Notes under the pieces: model-generated | Seen by the model: the letters and a program-made list of their open reading frames with translations, nothing else | Told to the model about the DNA's origin: nothing | The model's database searches: none | Assembly (NCBI GenBank): GCA_030167865.1 | Contig: JALAGF010002412.1 | Location: 1 to 36,745, forward strand | Length of the DNA: 36,745 nucleotides | Origin: Craspedostauros australis | Lineage: Eukaryota | Direction of reading: 5' to 3' | Made by a program: the position numbers and the translations under genes | Shown: positions 17,501-27,916 of the stretch, one piece after another | How positions within the stretch are numbered: position 1 is the stretch's first letter | Layout of the letters: each line of letters begins with the position of its first letter

Positions 17501-19556
17501 CGGATTCGATGGCTGTGGTTTCCTGCTCGAGGTTCTGCAGCGGCACGATACGCACCGTGAGCGGGCACACCGCACCGTCCGCACCAGCAAATGGTTTTTC
17601 GAACTCGCTGTACGCGAATGCGGTCGGGATAGTGAGCGTCCTGTCCCAGTTCTGGTTGATGGATTTTCTCGCATCTTGGTTACCGCCAGCGTACTGGACG
17701 GTGCCATTCACGAACACATCGTATTGGTGAATATCTGCCTCCGCACCGGCCGTCGCACTTGCATTCGAGCATTGGAATTGCACATTTAACGAGATGATCG
17801 GCGCTGTTGCATCGAGATCAGGGTTGGCGTTGTCATCGTTATCAGGAAGGGCGACGGCGGTCTGAAGCAAGCGCTCTATCGAGAAGACGAGGGAGACGAT
17901 TCCGATCATGTCATTCTGCTGGAAAGTTTCGAAGACGGGATAGTAGGTGGTGGTAGTCGGTTGCTGCTGTTCATTTGCGTTCGCCGCAGCTCTGCTAATG
18001 TCGAAGGAGCTCCAATAGCCAATCTTGTTGGACACGACGGTCTGAATGTCCTGGTTCATTTGATTCTGCAGGACGAACGTGCTGTTGGCATTGTTGCCAA
18101 TGAACGGCGGAACGATTTGCCACACGGGGTTGAGGAGGAAGGAATCGTCGTCGCCACCGGGCGGTGTCGTGATCTCGGTGACCACTTGGCAACCGATGAG
18201 GGAGCATGTTTGCTGCTGCTGCGTGACCGCGTAGTTTGTGTACTGTTCGATGGCGGTGGGGACGTTGAATATCAGGGGGGCGAAGATGACATACTGTGGT
18301 GCCAGGGTTTGGTAGATGCCTGTGACGATAGCCTCGAGGTTGTCCAACGTGACGAATGCCCCATCGTCATTCGTAATGCCAGAGTTGCCGTCGTTGGGAC
18401 TGGTTTGGGTGGCATCGAGACTGGCCGACGTGTACATCGCGGAGACGGTGAAGAGGGAGGAAAGGATGTTTTGGTTTTGCTCCGTCCAGAGATGTTGAAA
18501 TGAGTGCGCGAATGAATCCAACCAGAGGGGAGACGTGGTTGCGTCGCCGTTGTTGGTGGTACCGGCGCTGGCTGCATTGATGTCATCCCGCAGCTCATCC
18601 TTGTCCCTCGCCAGATCCCACATGAGCACGGCAAAGACGATGGGGACGAGGATGAGGACCGCGACGACTACGTAGCGCAGCTTGTCAACGATGGCGATCT
18701 CCTTGCGGACGAGCTTCATGACGACCTCGTTGTCTCGATCTTCCTGCTTGTCGCCGCGTTTGTGGCGTCTGCCGTACTTGCCCGATCTGCGGTGCCTGCG
18801 CGATGGGAAGAAGAATCCCAAGAAGCGAGAGCCGTGCACGGAATGGCCATCCGATCTGTAGCCCGCGGATTCCGAATCATGCGAGGAGCTGCCCTCGTCG
18901 GAGGCGACGATGGAGAGCTCTTCGTGGTCGAAGCGATCGAAGTTGGTTGCGGAGTTGAGCCTGGAGGCTCTCGGCGGTGTTGATGAGGATACGATCGAGG
19001 CTCCTGTTGCGGTGTGCTGGCTTCCGCGCATTCCGTGGCCGGAGTTAATCATGGAGGGAGGATTTTGCGGATTGTGATGGACACGCGAGGTTGACGCTTT
19101 GCGCTGGAATGGGAGCCTGGGATAGGTTCTTGCGTTGGAGTTTCTGCCGCTGCCGCTGCCCCGCCGCATGTTGTTGGTGGCGTTGTTCATCGGAGCGTGT
19201 CCATTCATTTCTGTGGGTGCGTTGGAATGCAAGGCTGTGTTGGTGCGTGCGTTCGACTGCGAATACGAACCTTGTGCTGGATTCCGCGGATGCTGCGACA
19301 TGGGCGATGGAGGTGGGACGGGCGCCATCCTTGATGATGGTTGTTCCGACCGGTACTGTTGCTGGTGTTGCTGCTGCTGATGCTGCTGGTGTTGTTGCTG
19401 GCGTTGCTGTTGTTGCTGGTGGTGTCCCGATGACATGGCTGGTTGCTGCATTCTGGTTCCTTGGTCGCGAAATTGTGGACCCATCGCCCGTTCCGAATGC
19501 GCAGATGGATTGGTCTCAGTGCGTTGTTCGGTTGCTGCCACTGTTGCTGCTGCCAC
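14562..19556 (-). CDS. Receptor-type class III nucleotide (probably guanylate) cyclase fused to a C-terminal class I cyclic-nucleotide phosphodiesterase domain; two TM helices around a CHASE-like sensor region
   Basis: TM1 YVVVAVLILVPIVFAVLMW, TM2 IIYPIIAGIAMCILISAFAVY. Cyclase: TVLFADIAGFTAWSS, KVETIGDCYMAV, RVGLHSGPV, FQLFGDTVNTASRMES. PDE: NPFHSFEHASHV, IHDVDHTG, MATDI, SDVAH. The ORF start at 19556 is GTG and the first ATG is at 19484, so the true start is uncertain. Confidence 0.92.
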   Translation of the reverse strand: MAAATVAATEQRTETNPSAHSERAMGPQFRDQGTRMQQPAMSSGHHQQQQQRQQQHQQHQQQQHQQQYRSEQPSSRMAPVPPPSPMSQHPRNPAQGSYSQSNARTNTALHSNAPTEMNGHAPMNNATNNMRRGSGSGRNSNARTYPRLPFQRKASTSRVHHNPQNPPSMINSGHGMRGSQHTATGASIVSSSTPPRASRLNSATNFDRFDHEELSIVASDEGSSSHDSESAGYRSDGHSVHGSRFLGFFFPSRRHRRSGKYGRRHKRGDKQEDRDNEVVMKLVRKEIAIVDKLRYVVVAVLILVPIVFAVLMWDLARDKDELRDDINAASAGTTNNGDATTSPLWLDSFAHSFQHLWTEQNQNILSSLFTVSAMYTSASLDATQTSPNDGNSGITNDDGAFVTLDNLEAIVTGIYQTLAPQYVIFAPLIFNVPTAIEQYTNYAVTQQQQTCSLIGCQVVTEITTPPGGDDDSFLLNPVWQIVPPFIGNNANSTFVLQNQMNQDIQTVVSNKIGYWSSFDISRAAANANEQQQPTTTTYYPVFETFQQNDMIGIVSLVFSIERLLQTAVALPDNDDNANPDLDATAPIISLNVQFQCSNASATAGAEADIHQYDVFVNGTVQYAGGNQDARKSINQNWDRTLTIPTAFAYSEFEKPFAGADGAVCPLTVRIVPLQNLEQETTAIESVDDPAVQETIIYPIIAGIAMCILISAFAVYDWYVEKRQSVVVNVATKFSAVVSNLFPEQVRDRMLQNVGDNKNKKGDHAGASAGSSLPILNNTSTSGGMGGSGNGANGNGTGLGGTGSSKSSALNAAGSSSKKALGNGSADQNNGDGSANGDGANGSGKNGNGKNGKPSGGRSKTKNGGPRSKKRLNGAPGGGSVSIKQFLSMPETSTDLSSEPIADFFQNTTVLFADIAGFTAWSSQREPAQVFTLLETLYRSFDVIAAKLKVFKVETIGDCYMAVTGLPNPDTHHAVHMSRFAYQSLLGMQELIKELEAHLGPGTSDLALRVGLHSGPVTAGVLRGEKSRFQLFGDTVNTASRMESTGERGRIQISQETADLLIAAGKNHWLKPRDKLVVAKGKGELKTFWLDPTKKRRATKTTKEIRVTTDINVHNNLVDRSGGSNANGAIEAPAKIPGVAASPHRPMGGSMHVGRNSSSSGNMTDDPGFDEKYARLIDWNVELLLFHLARVISFRSRSPSRGSMVNHSAEVALLPSAVNDVAEVVALPPFDAEASKYRRERPDTSMMNQTRSDLRDYVRLIAAMYRENPFHSFEHASHVTLCANKMLNRLITSDEYEKEEELHNATFGISSDPLTHFAIVFAAIIHDVDHTGLPNAQLVKDQHELAVKFENKSVAEQNSVHIGWELLMDPRFERLRKCIYQTNVERKRFRQLVINCIMATDIASREVNQTREQKWNKAFRRPTPVLGHVTATGQVTSAFQIQEDMNRKATAVIEHMIQVSDVAHTMQHWHIYRRWNERLFHEMHNAYEAGLAAVHPAENWYRGELGFFDYYLLPLAKKLLDCGTFGASGHEYISYVMKNKREWEHKGPKVVEEMEVLYKDAVEDTEDESSYIDEDETDSELDSDDIGYDSPGDLTSSDEYDDRYDDYDGDYQGDYQGDYHDDAEGSMSESSEEDDDYDGEDEGEAASRERYDYDNYGGMPAPRPT

Positions 19557-21003
19557 TGCCCGCCGTTGCTGATAATCAGGATGAGCCTGCAGCTTCCTGT
19601 CTCCTCTCTCTGCCCTCTATCTATCGATCTATCGATCCACCTGTTCGCCAATCTGGATCAGATGCCAGAGAGTCTTAGTATCTTGCCAAGATGGTTTGTT
19701 CGACCTCTTGCACAGTCTGCTGTGGGTAAGACAGTTCGAGTATAACGCCAGGGCCTGGTCTCAATGGTCACAGCGCAGGGTGTCTGCACTGATAGCAGTC
19801 AAAGCAGAACGACGTTCCTCTGCTGTCGCTGTCGCTGCTTCTGCTGCAATTGTGGCGAACGTCGCGAAGAAGGCAGTTCGGTTGATTCTCTCTTCTTTCG
19901 CGGAGGCGGATGTGAAGGATTCGTTTGCACCCCTCTCCCTCTGACCTCTCTGCTTGTTTCTGCTTCTGCTTCTGGTTGCCGTTCTGCCTTGTCCCTCGTG
20001 CTCGTTCAACTGTTCGAATGATGGCTTTGTACTCGTAAAATGCGTACAGCAATCCACTCTATCAGTACTGCGCGTTGCTCTGCGTCGCTGTCTTGCTTCC
20101 TCGTCTTGTCTTTTCTGTCGTTATAATTGCGCAGCAGCTGGCATTCAACGATGGCGGATGGCGTTGATCACAGAGATGCAAATGTGAATATGAATGCAAC
20201 TTCGATGGATGATGGGTATGAGGCACCTCTTCGTTGTCGATCCCAAAGGAGCAGAGAGACGGAGATGGAAGGAGACTGATCCTTTCGTGCGGCTCTTCGA
20301 TTCGTTTTGTTGCCTGCCTCTCTTGCCTCTCTTGTCTCTGGTCGTGGTCGCCTCTTGTTGCTCTCTCTGTCTTTCTTGCTGTCGTCGCGCGTTTTGCCAC
20401 CACCAACAGACAACAAAGCCCCTCCTCTCACGAAACGGAATAACGCCACTGTCGCGAAGAGGCCGGTTCCATTCTGCGCCATGCGACACACATGTTCCGA
20501 AAAACAAAGCGTGCAAAAGTCGCAACCCGCTTCACACGGAAAATGGTCATTGTATCGTTGAATCCCATCCAACCCAACAAAGAATCCTTGGTCACTGTGA
20601 CCGACCGAACGTGATTGATGCCACGAATGGTTGGCGTCGTTGTTCTCTCACGACTTGGTGCATACGTCGATCGAGTCGAATCACGAATCAGATGAGAAGA
20701 GATGGCGACTGACGTTGGTGGATTTCTGTGGAAATGAGTTTGGCCACTGCACTTGTGCCAAGTACTCGTACGAGTGGAGTGGAGTATCGTGTGCGGTGCA
20801 ACCACATCATCGGCCTTGCTCATCATTACACTCATGCGGCCACGCATTCATGTGCGCCATCGCAGCATGTCTCCCATCATGTGCTCATGGCCTTCCCCAC
20901 TCACATGATTCGAAGACGTACTCGTGGCTCGCACCATACTTCTCTGGCCATTCCTGTCACATTCTCTCCAGTCCACCGCATCACCGACCAGTTGTGAACG
21001 ACC

Positions 21004-21675
21004 ATGGCACCATCCAACTTGCAACAATCCGGTCACATGTCGGCCTTCATCGCGACCAACTCCATTCGGCAACGCAGCCATGCCATGATGCTGCCATCGC
21101 CCGCCTTTGCCTGCGATCTCGTGACGCACAACGACCACGCTGCCGATGTTGTCTCGATACAAGCACCCATCCTGCTTGCGGAGGCATTGCAACCACAGCA
21201 GCAGTTCGAGGCCGTGGCACCGCCCACGCAAACGCTCGTCGGCATGGCGGTCATCGTTGTGCTGTGCGCCATCACGGCATGGTACTGGCAGACGCAGGTG
21301 GTGCCCGTATCGCGCACGAATTTGGCCATGTCCAAGAAGAAAGGACCGTTGCGAGATTATCTGCAGGAATTGGAGGATGCCGGAGATCGGCAAGGAGACG
21401 AGATGGTGGCGGTCGTCAATGGTACCGCCGCGATGCAATCGTCGGAGACGAATGATGGGGAGCCATCGCGGGCCTTTGAACGGTGGCTGTTCACGGATTG
21501 GTTGCAGAGTGACAAACCATCGAAGCCAGGACGGCAGAAGGAGCCGGCCTTGCCCATCCTCAAGGACGCCAAATGGAATTCGGGTGACAATCCAGTGCTG
21601 GCCGCGACGGCCTTGATCTCGCTCGGAGTGCTAATCACGTCCATTACGGAACGTGTGTCAGGTGCGCTGTTTTAG
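21004..21675 (+). CDS. Hypothetical membrane protein (two hydrophobic segments); 5' end uncertain
   Basis: 223-aa ORF with coding-like codon usage. Hydrophobic LVGMAVIVVLCAITAWYW and PVLAATALISLGVLITSI. Protein-like motifs FERWLFTDWL and AKWNSGDNP. Confidence 0.7.
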   Translation: MAPSNLQQSGHMSAFIATNSIRQRSHAMMLPSPAFACDLVTHNDHAADVVSIQAPILLAEALQPQQQFEAVAPPTQTLVGMAVIVVLCAITAWYWQTQVVPVSRTNLAMSKKKGPLRDYLQELEDAGDRQGDEMVAVVNGTAAMQSSETNDGEPSRAFERWLFTDWLQSDKPSKPGRQKEPALPILKDAKWNSGDNPVLAATALISLGVLITSITERVSGALF

Positions 21676-22004
21676 AGTATGGAGCACATGTGCAACTGAG
21701 GTATTCTATTACAGAGTGCTGTATAGAATAGTTTGAGACAAAAGCCAACGGAGATAGCATAATAATAGATGCCGTCCGTGGCTACCAGGGAAGCATAATA
21801 GTTTGCATTCCTCAGCAGAACAGGCATCGATCATGATTGGCCAGTTTGAAAAGCGATAACGGCGATGATGTAGGCAATGCAGAGTGCAGTTGTGCTGTGC
21901 ACAGTCGTAACATAGAGGCTGCAGTCCACGAGTACAAGTACTTGCGATGGAATGTGATACACAGTCAGTCCACCCAACTCTACTCAACCCTACTCTTCTC
22001 TACT

Positions 22005-22790
22005 CTACAACGATTCGTTCACGTCAAATACTGGCTTGATGGGCTTGCCTTCTTCGTCTCGCAGGACCCGCAATCCGCCATCTCGAATCTCATCGCCGAC
22101 GTAGATTTCTGGATTGTACCCCACATCCGCCACGCGGAAGTCCTCGTGCAGATCGCTTGCCGCGCCGACCACCGGCTCCAACGTGATCTTGTTCTGCACG
22201 CAATCCATCTCGCTGTCGCCCGGCGCCAACCAAAGCTCCAGTGCCGTCGCGTAGTTGCCGCCCAGATTCTGAGGACGCAATTCCCGCTTGGCGTACTCCA
22301 GAATGACGCGCTTCTGGGACAAGACGGCCTGCGTGGCGGTGGCGACGGTGTCGGGCCGCACCGCGACCTTTCCGACGAACCAGTAGACCTGCGGGTCGTT
22401 CAAGGGGCTGCGGCAGTAGACATCGGAGCAGCACTCTTTGCCATGCTCCTTGCGGATGGCATCGAAGGTGTTCGCGGCGGCGCGCAATGGCTTTTCTCCG
22501 CTGCCACGGTGTCCCGACACGGAGCGTATCTTGCCTTGCAAGGAATCTGCGTCGCCCTTGCTGGAGCTGCCGAAACCACCGGGCGCTGCGGTGGGGGGTT
22601 TGGACTTGCTCTTATTCTTGCCACCGCCCGTCCGTTGCTTTCGCACGAAGCAGGTCGTCTGCGATGCCGTCCTTGTGTTTGGAACTGACGGATGCATGGA
22701 GAACCCCTCCGTCTGGTGGGCTGCCAGCGCCAACAAGATGGCTGCTGTGGAACAGATGCATATCATCCTTTGAAGGTTGTTGCGGACCAT
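22005..22790 (-). CDS. Hypothetical protein with bipartite (signal plus transit) plastid-targeting presequence
   Basis: Hydrophobic ICICSTAAILLALAA, then TEG|FSM (ASAFAP-like Phe at +1), a basic Ser/Thr-rich transit region, GGFG, and an ordered domain (YWFVGKVA, ELWLAPGDSEMD, VGYNPEIY). Strong GC3 bias. Confidence 0.8.
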   Translation of the reverse strand: MVRNNLQRMICICSTAAILLALAAHQTEGFSMHPSVPNTRTASQTTCFVRKQRTGGGKNKSKSKPPTAAPGGFGSSSKGDADSLQGKIRSVSGHRGSGEKPLRAAANTFDAIRKEHGKECCSDVYCRSPLNDPQVYWFVGKVAVRPDTVATATQAVLSQKRVILEYAKRELRPQNLGGNYATALELWLAPGDSEMDCVQNKITLEPVVGAASDLHEDFRVADVGYNPEIYVGDEIRDGGLRVLRDEEGKPIKPVFDVNESL

Positions 22791-24174
22791 CCTTGGACGT
22801 CGTCTGTCTCAATACCCGTAATGCGTTGCGGAATGATGTGATGCGACGTGAATGGGGTCGATAAGCTGCCTTTTCTACTGTGTAAAGTACTGTGCGTGAA
22901 GATCGAACTCAATCTCTCCTCCTTGGTCTTGGTTTGTGTCGTGATTGAGGTTGCGATTGGCAACGCAAGATGTCTCTCTCCCAGAGAGGACCAGTTGTTC
23001 TTCTCAGTGGTGGCCGAGTACTCGCAGAGAGTTGCTGCGCAGCTGATTGATTGAGGCAGTGCCGCTGAGCGAAACCATGGAACAGTTGATGTCTGAACGG
23101 CGATGGACAACCAAAATTCTGTGGTTGGTGTTTCATGCGCTTTGATGTGGTATCAGCGGTGCATTCAGTAAACACCGTAATTGCATACACGCTCGACTAG
23201 AACAATGAAAGTCATCTCAAAGTCAACCACACTGTGTAGTAAAGTACAGAACTTAATCATTTTACCACAACATCCAGAGGTATCTTTCGCTCGACACGTT
23301 GGACTGATGCACAGAAAGACAGCAGTCTTGTGGTCTCCGTCTTGGTCTAAATGGTACAAGCAGATCGTATTGGGAACGGACTTGGCAGCGACCAACCAAG
23401 CCAGATGCGATGGCCTTATGAATGTTTTTGCTTTTAATTTTACGGAGGCTGTGTATCGTCTGAATATGTTACATCTATACCGATAGCATGGATGGAAACA
23501 TATTCAGAATATGAAGAGAGTAGAGATTATCACTCGTACGTATGAAGAGGATCGAAGAAGACGCAAGAACGCGATGGGAGCAGGCTTGGACGCGTCCCCG
23601 GATCGCCGGTGGAGAAAGTCTTGGATATTGCATCTGATGAAACTCGATTGTATGGATGGAGTCGCCGACGTCACGCTGGAGTCCGTCTGTTGCGCAGGGA
23701 GGAGCATGGTTGTGCTCCGGGCAACATCTAACGCCGGAGGCACCTTGAGTCACAGACCCCATGTGACTATGGATGTGGCTGCGCCCAAGCTCCAGGCGGA
23801 CAATCAGGAGAGATGAGCGTGCTCGTGAAGTTCTTGGTGACAAGGCATTGCTCACGGTATATGCGCTCTACGCATTTACCACTTGCAATGTCCTTCTTGG
23901 AGGCTTGGTGAGAACAGCACGGTGTGGCATCCTGGCGGAGCCTGGCACCCAGGATTAGAGTAGATCAATGATCTTCATGCCACGGATACATGAAAATGAT
24001 CGAGTGAATGAGTGTGCGTGTGATGACGGCCTGAGCTTGGCAGGAGATCGATGCCGGCTGATGACGTCTTCGTGAACATTGATGGGCCGGAAAGGGGCCA
24101 ACAAGGGACGGATCCTGAATCATTCAGTGCCCGGTGCCAGGAGGTGCACGTAGCCTGACACCAGACCCGAAACC

Positions 24175-26010
24175 TTAGAATCGGCTTTGCCTCGATTGCT
24201 GCACCCCAGCTGGCCCCTGCTGGTGAGGTGACGGTGCCCCAACTTGATTCTGCGAAGGAGGCGGCCATTGGAGAGCGGCGGCCGAGAAAGGAAACCTCAT
24301 TCCTGGCCCGGCACCACCGTTGCTCACCATGCCTCCTGCTGAAGCCCCCATGTTGGTGCCGCCACCATTGCCACCACCATTTGTTGACGTCCCTCCCAAC
24401 TGAGGTGCCGAGAACATGTGGTGTGGCGTTAAGTTCATGTTGACTCCAGCAGGGTTCCCGTTCTGCACTCCCAAGGAGAAGGGGATGGTCGAGTTGAGCG
24501 TGGCCGCGGGCACCCCTGCTGCCATCCCCTTGAGAAGATGAGCCGCGCTATGCACCCCTTGCAGGCCTGGGCTCATGTTCAACATCTTGGACTGCTGCGC
24601 CGGTGGCATAGCCGTGCCCAGACCAAAGCTGTTGCCAAGCTGCAGCATGGGGGTGGGCGTGCTTGGGCTGTGGGCTTGGCCGTTGTTGTGGTTGGGATAG
24701 GGCGACGAAATGGACTGGATGGGGTTGGACGGTGACATCTCGTAGAAGTTGGGCTCCGTCCGAGCATCCGATGGTTGCTTGTGCCCCGTCCCCTTGACCT
24801 TCTGCCGTTGCATCCGCATGCAGAGCTGAGGCTTGCCGCGGAGGAAGAGCTCGTGATAGTAGGCGCCCGCATCGGCCCCCTGCGTTATTCTTCGGAACCC
24901 GTACAGGTTCAGCTGTGCGTCCAAACGGGCACAGAGCGCAAAAGCGTAAGAGTGTACATGTTGTATGGTATGTTGTATGTTGCGCAGCGATGAAGAGTGA
25001 GAGATCGCTCGTTCACATAAGAAAGCGTGTTGCAGCAACGCGAGGGAGATGTAGGAGTCTTGGTGAGCAACCGAAGCATCAGAACATTGAAGGGTCGGCT
25101 TCAAGTTGCGATCAAGATTCACAGGAACGACGGGGTGGCCTCGTGTACCGGGCAACAGCGACAGCAACAAACAACAAACGCAAGAGAACGCAACATGCCA
25201 CCACGAGATCAAACAGGGTGCGAACAGTTGACCGACCGAAGTTCTCAAGATTGCCCGAAAAGGCGAAACTGTACGCACCTGCCGCTGGAACGACGTCAGC
25301 TTAGTCTGACGGAAGTACTTGGGCATGATGTCCCTCGTGAAGTCCTTGGGTTTGCGAACGATGAAGGACCTTCCGTGTGGCGACCAACCGACAACATTCG
25401 TGCGTTCGCTGTCCAGTAGCTCGTGCAGCTTCTCGGGGAAGGGCTGGGAGACGCCTCCTGTTTTCTTGCGCACGAATGCCACGGGTTCTGGTTCGTGAGC
25501 AAAGTCGTGGTAGACGTGCGGGACGCCGCGCTTGCGGTTGGATCCTGTCGAAGATGTGCGTCGTTTCTTGGGGGTCTCATTTCCCCCGCTGTGGGAACTC
25601 ATCGGTTCGGCTGCGGGCGCTGATGCTTGGTTCGAGTTCAACGGAGACAGGGTGACCGTGGTCGCCGACGTGGTTGGAGTCGCTGACATCCCCAAGCCTC
25701 CCTCGACGGACTGCGGTGATGCCGGAGAGTCCACGGCGCACGAAGGAGGCGTCACCTTGGCCCACACGTAGGACGGGAATGGTGAGCCAGAGCGATTGAA
25801 TCCGGCCATGCAATTGTTGTTGTTGTTTGTGTTGCCGTCCTCCGTCTTTGTGTTGGTTGTGTTGTCGAATTGGCCAGCAACATTCAGTTGAGAAGCGGCG
25901 GCGTTCGCGTTCGCATTCGTGGCGTTTTGGGTGCTCAGCGCAGTGGGAACCTCGTTCTTTCCGCTGCTGCTTGCTGGTGCCGGAGGCGCCATGATGTTTG
26001 ATGTGTTCAT
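24175..26010 (-). CDS. Heat shock transcription factor (HSF-type DNA-binding domain); exons 26010-25279 and 24912-24175
   Basis: PFPEKLHELL...VVGWSPHGRSFIV...FTRDIMPKYFRQTKLTSFQRQ | LNLYGFRRITQGADAGAYYHELFLRGKPQLCMRMQRQKVKG. Intron CAG/GTGCGT (25278) to GCACAG/CTG (24913), 366 nt. Confidence 0.92.
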   Translation of the reverse strand: MNTSNIMAPPAPASSSGKNEVPTALSTQNATNANANAAASQLNVAGQFDNTTNTKTEDGNTNNNNNCMAGFNRSGSPFPSYVWAKVTPPSCAVDSPASPQSVEGGLGMSATPTTSATTVTLSPLNSNQASAPAAEPMSSHSGGNETPKKRRTSSTGSNRKRGVPHVYHDFAHEPEPVAFVRKKTGGVSQPFPEKLHELLDSERTNVVGWSPHGRSFIVRKPKDFTRDIMPKYFRQTKLTSFQRQVRTVSPFRAILRTSVGQLFAPCLISWWHVAFSCVCCLLLSLLPGTRGHPVVPVNLDRNLKPTLQCSDASVAHQDSYISLALLQHAFLCERAISHSSSLRNIQHTIQHVHSYAFALCARLDAQLNLYGFRRITQGADAGAYYHELFLRGKPQLCMRMQRQKVKGTGHKQPSDARTEPNFYEMSPSNPIQSISSPYPNHNNGQAHSPSTPTPMLQLGNSFGLGTAMPPAQQSKMLNMSPGLQGVHSAAHLLKGMAAGVPAATLNSTIPFSLGVQNGNPAGVNMNLTPHHMFSAPQLGGTSTNGGGNGGGTNMGASAGGMVSNGGAGPGMRFPFSAAALQWPPPSQNQVGAPSPHQQGPAGVQQSRQSRF

Positions 26011-27916
26011 GGTGGCAACGTCAGTGCCTGTGGTGATGCTGATGCTAACGCTGATGCTAAAGATACCGTGGCGCTGAAGTGTGTGATGATGACGACGACA
26101 GGGATGGGAATGGCGACTATGATGTGGGATGCTGTCTTTGGATGATGTGCGGCTCTTCTGTGGCCACGGACGGATGATTGTGCGGGCGCTGGAGTTTGTG
26201 GCTCTCGCTGTCCTCTGATGTTGGGAGTTTGATGGCGTGCCTTGATGTTTGGGTCACGATGATGCGAACACCCAAAAAGAGCAGTCAGCCTTCCGAAAGA
26301 TGTCTTTGCCGACGCTGCGGGCGAGTGCGAGGTGCTTCTCAAGGCAGCCTGCTGGTGCTGGGCGTTGCTGTCTGTTGTGGAACACGCTTGTGTTTGCCTG
26401 ATTGTCGCTGACAAGGCAGTGGGAGGAGATGAGTTCGTTGATGGACTACTTGGCTGCTTGGTTGATTGCCTGGTTGAATCAATCACTGGCCGCTCTGTCT
26501 TTGACTTTGACTTTGCCTGGTTGAGATTTGGTTCCAAGAGACGTGAGCTGATGAAATGATGAGCCTTGTTCTGTTCGATCAAGTGATGGCTTGGATGTGG
26601 TGATGATGGGTGTGTGTTCGCAGAGATGGAGAGTGTTCACATTTGCTGTTGAGGCTGTTGTGGAATCGGATTGGATTTGCCGCCACAGAACAATGGAGAG
26701 GGGTGTTTGTGGCGAGGCGAAACGGTTCGCGTGTTCTGATTGGAGATGGCTATTTCGATCTTCTTGTGGTGGTGCTCTGTCTGTTTCTGATGGATCGTGC
26801 TCGAGGGAGTAGCAACGGGGTGCGCCAAGCTGCGCGTGCGAGAGAGAGGGTGTTGGTATTGATGTGTGTGCGTGTGTGGTGTGAGGGAGAGCGATGGCGG
26901 ACGAGAAGGATGTCAGCTTCGCAGAGAATTCTCAACCGTTGCTCTGATTTGGGCGCAATCAAATGGGTTCCGTCGATTTGGTGTGAACCTTCACGCTTCT
27001 GTGAAAGCGGCAGCGATGATCGCGGTGATGGCAACCAGATTGGGGTGGAGGAGACCACCCACAGAGAACTGCAACAACAACACGACACCACACACACCAC
27101 GAGGATTCGCACCCGTGACAATGGATACATCCCCCCAACAACGCACAGACGTGAGCCCAATCAACTCCTTTCGTTTCGATGCGGACAAGGACCATTCGTA
27201 CACACGCGCACTCGTGCTCGTACAACACGCATCGCAGTCGTATCGTGGCACACGCGAACCCTACCTTCTCTGTTGACAGGGGAACGAATTCCAAAAGAGT
27301 CTGAAGAACACAAGCTGGACGGACGGGGATGATGGGGTTCTCATTTGTCCGACCATCCTCGCGTCAGTTCGCCATCATCGTCGTCGCTGTGCACAAAGAA
27401 GGCGGCGTTTCTCTTGCGTGTTCGTTTTGGCGCGATTCTGTGCTTGACGTTTCAGTCCAGTCCCGTTACGACGGATGCAATTGTAGACTTCACATTGTGC
27501 ATAGATTGCTTCAATGTTCTGATTCTCCAACGCTTTGGAATAGCTGATCGCATCGTATTCTATGAGCATGTACAAACAATAGTACAATACAATACGACTA
27601 CTACTACGTATGGTACCCGCAATAGTGCCATCGCTATGTTGTCGTCTGTAATACAATTGAGCGTGAATCGGTTGTTTCGATTGATGGATCCACTTCAAAT
27701 CGACAGTCCAAACCAATGAGTTGCTCATTCTCGCTCATGCGACTTATCGTATGTATTGTGTGCTATTGTAACATCGTGCCGAAGCGCATACCAACAGAGG
27801 AGCAGAGGGATTAACGTTGCGCCATGCTCTGCACTTGTGGAGAAGGAGGAGCCGGCCATGTCTCAACACACCCCACCACATGGAGCATCCGCATCAACGC
27901 GGGCAGCTTTCATGTT

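Noticed and set aside
23475-24170. Extra gene or additional HSF exon
   Set aside because: Only short, motif-less ORFs on both strands; most simply 3' UTR or intergenic DNA.
24913-25278. A 122-aa novel domain inserted in HSF, as in the 611-aa ORF
   Set aside because: Bounded by canonical splice sites whose removal restores FQRQLNLYGF, so it is treated as an intron.
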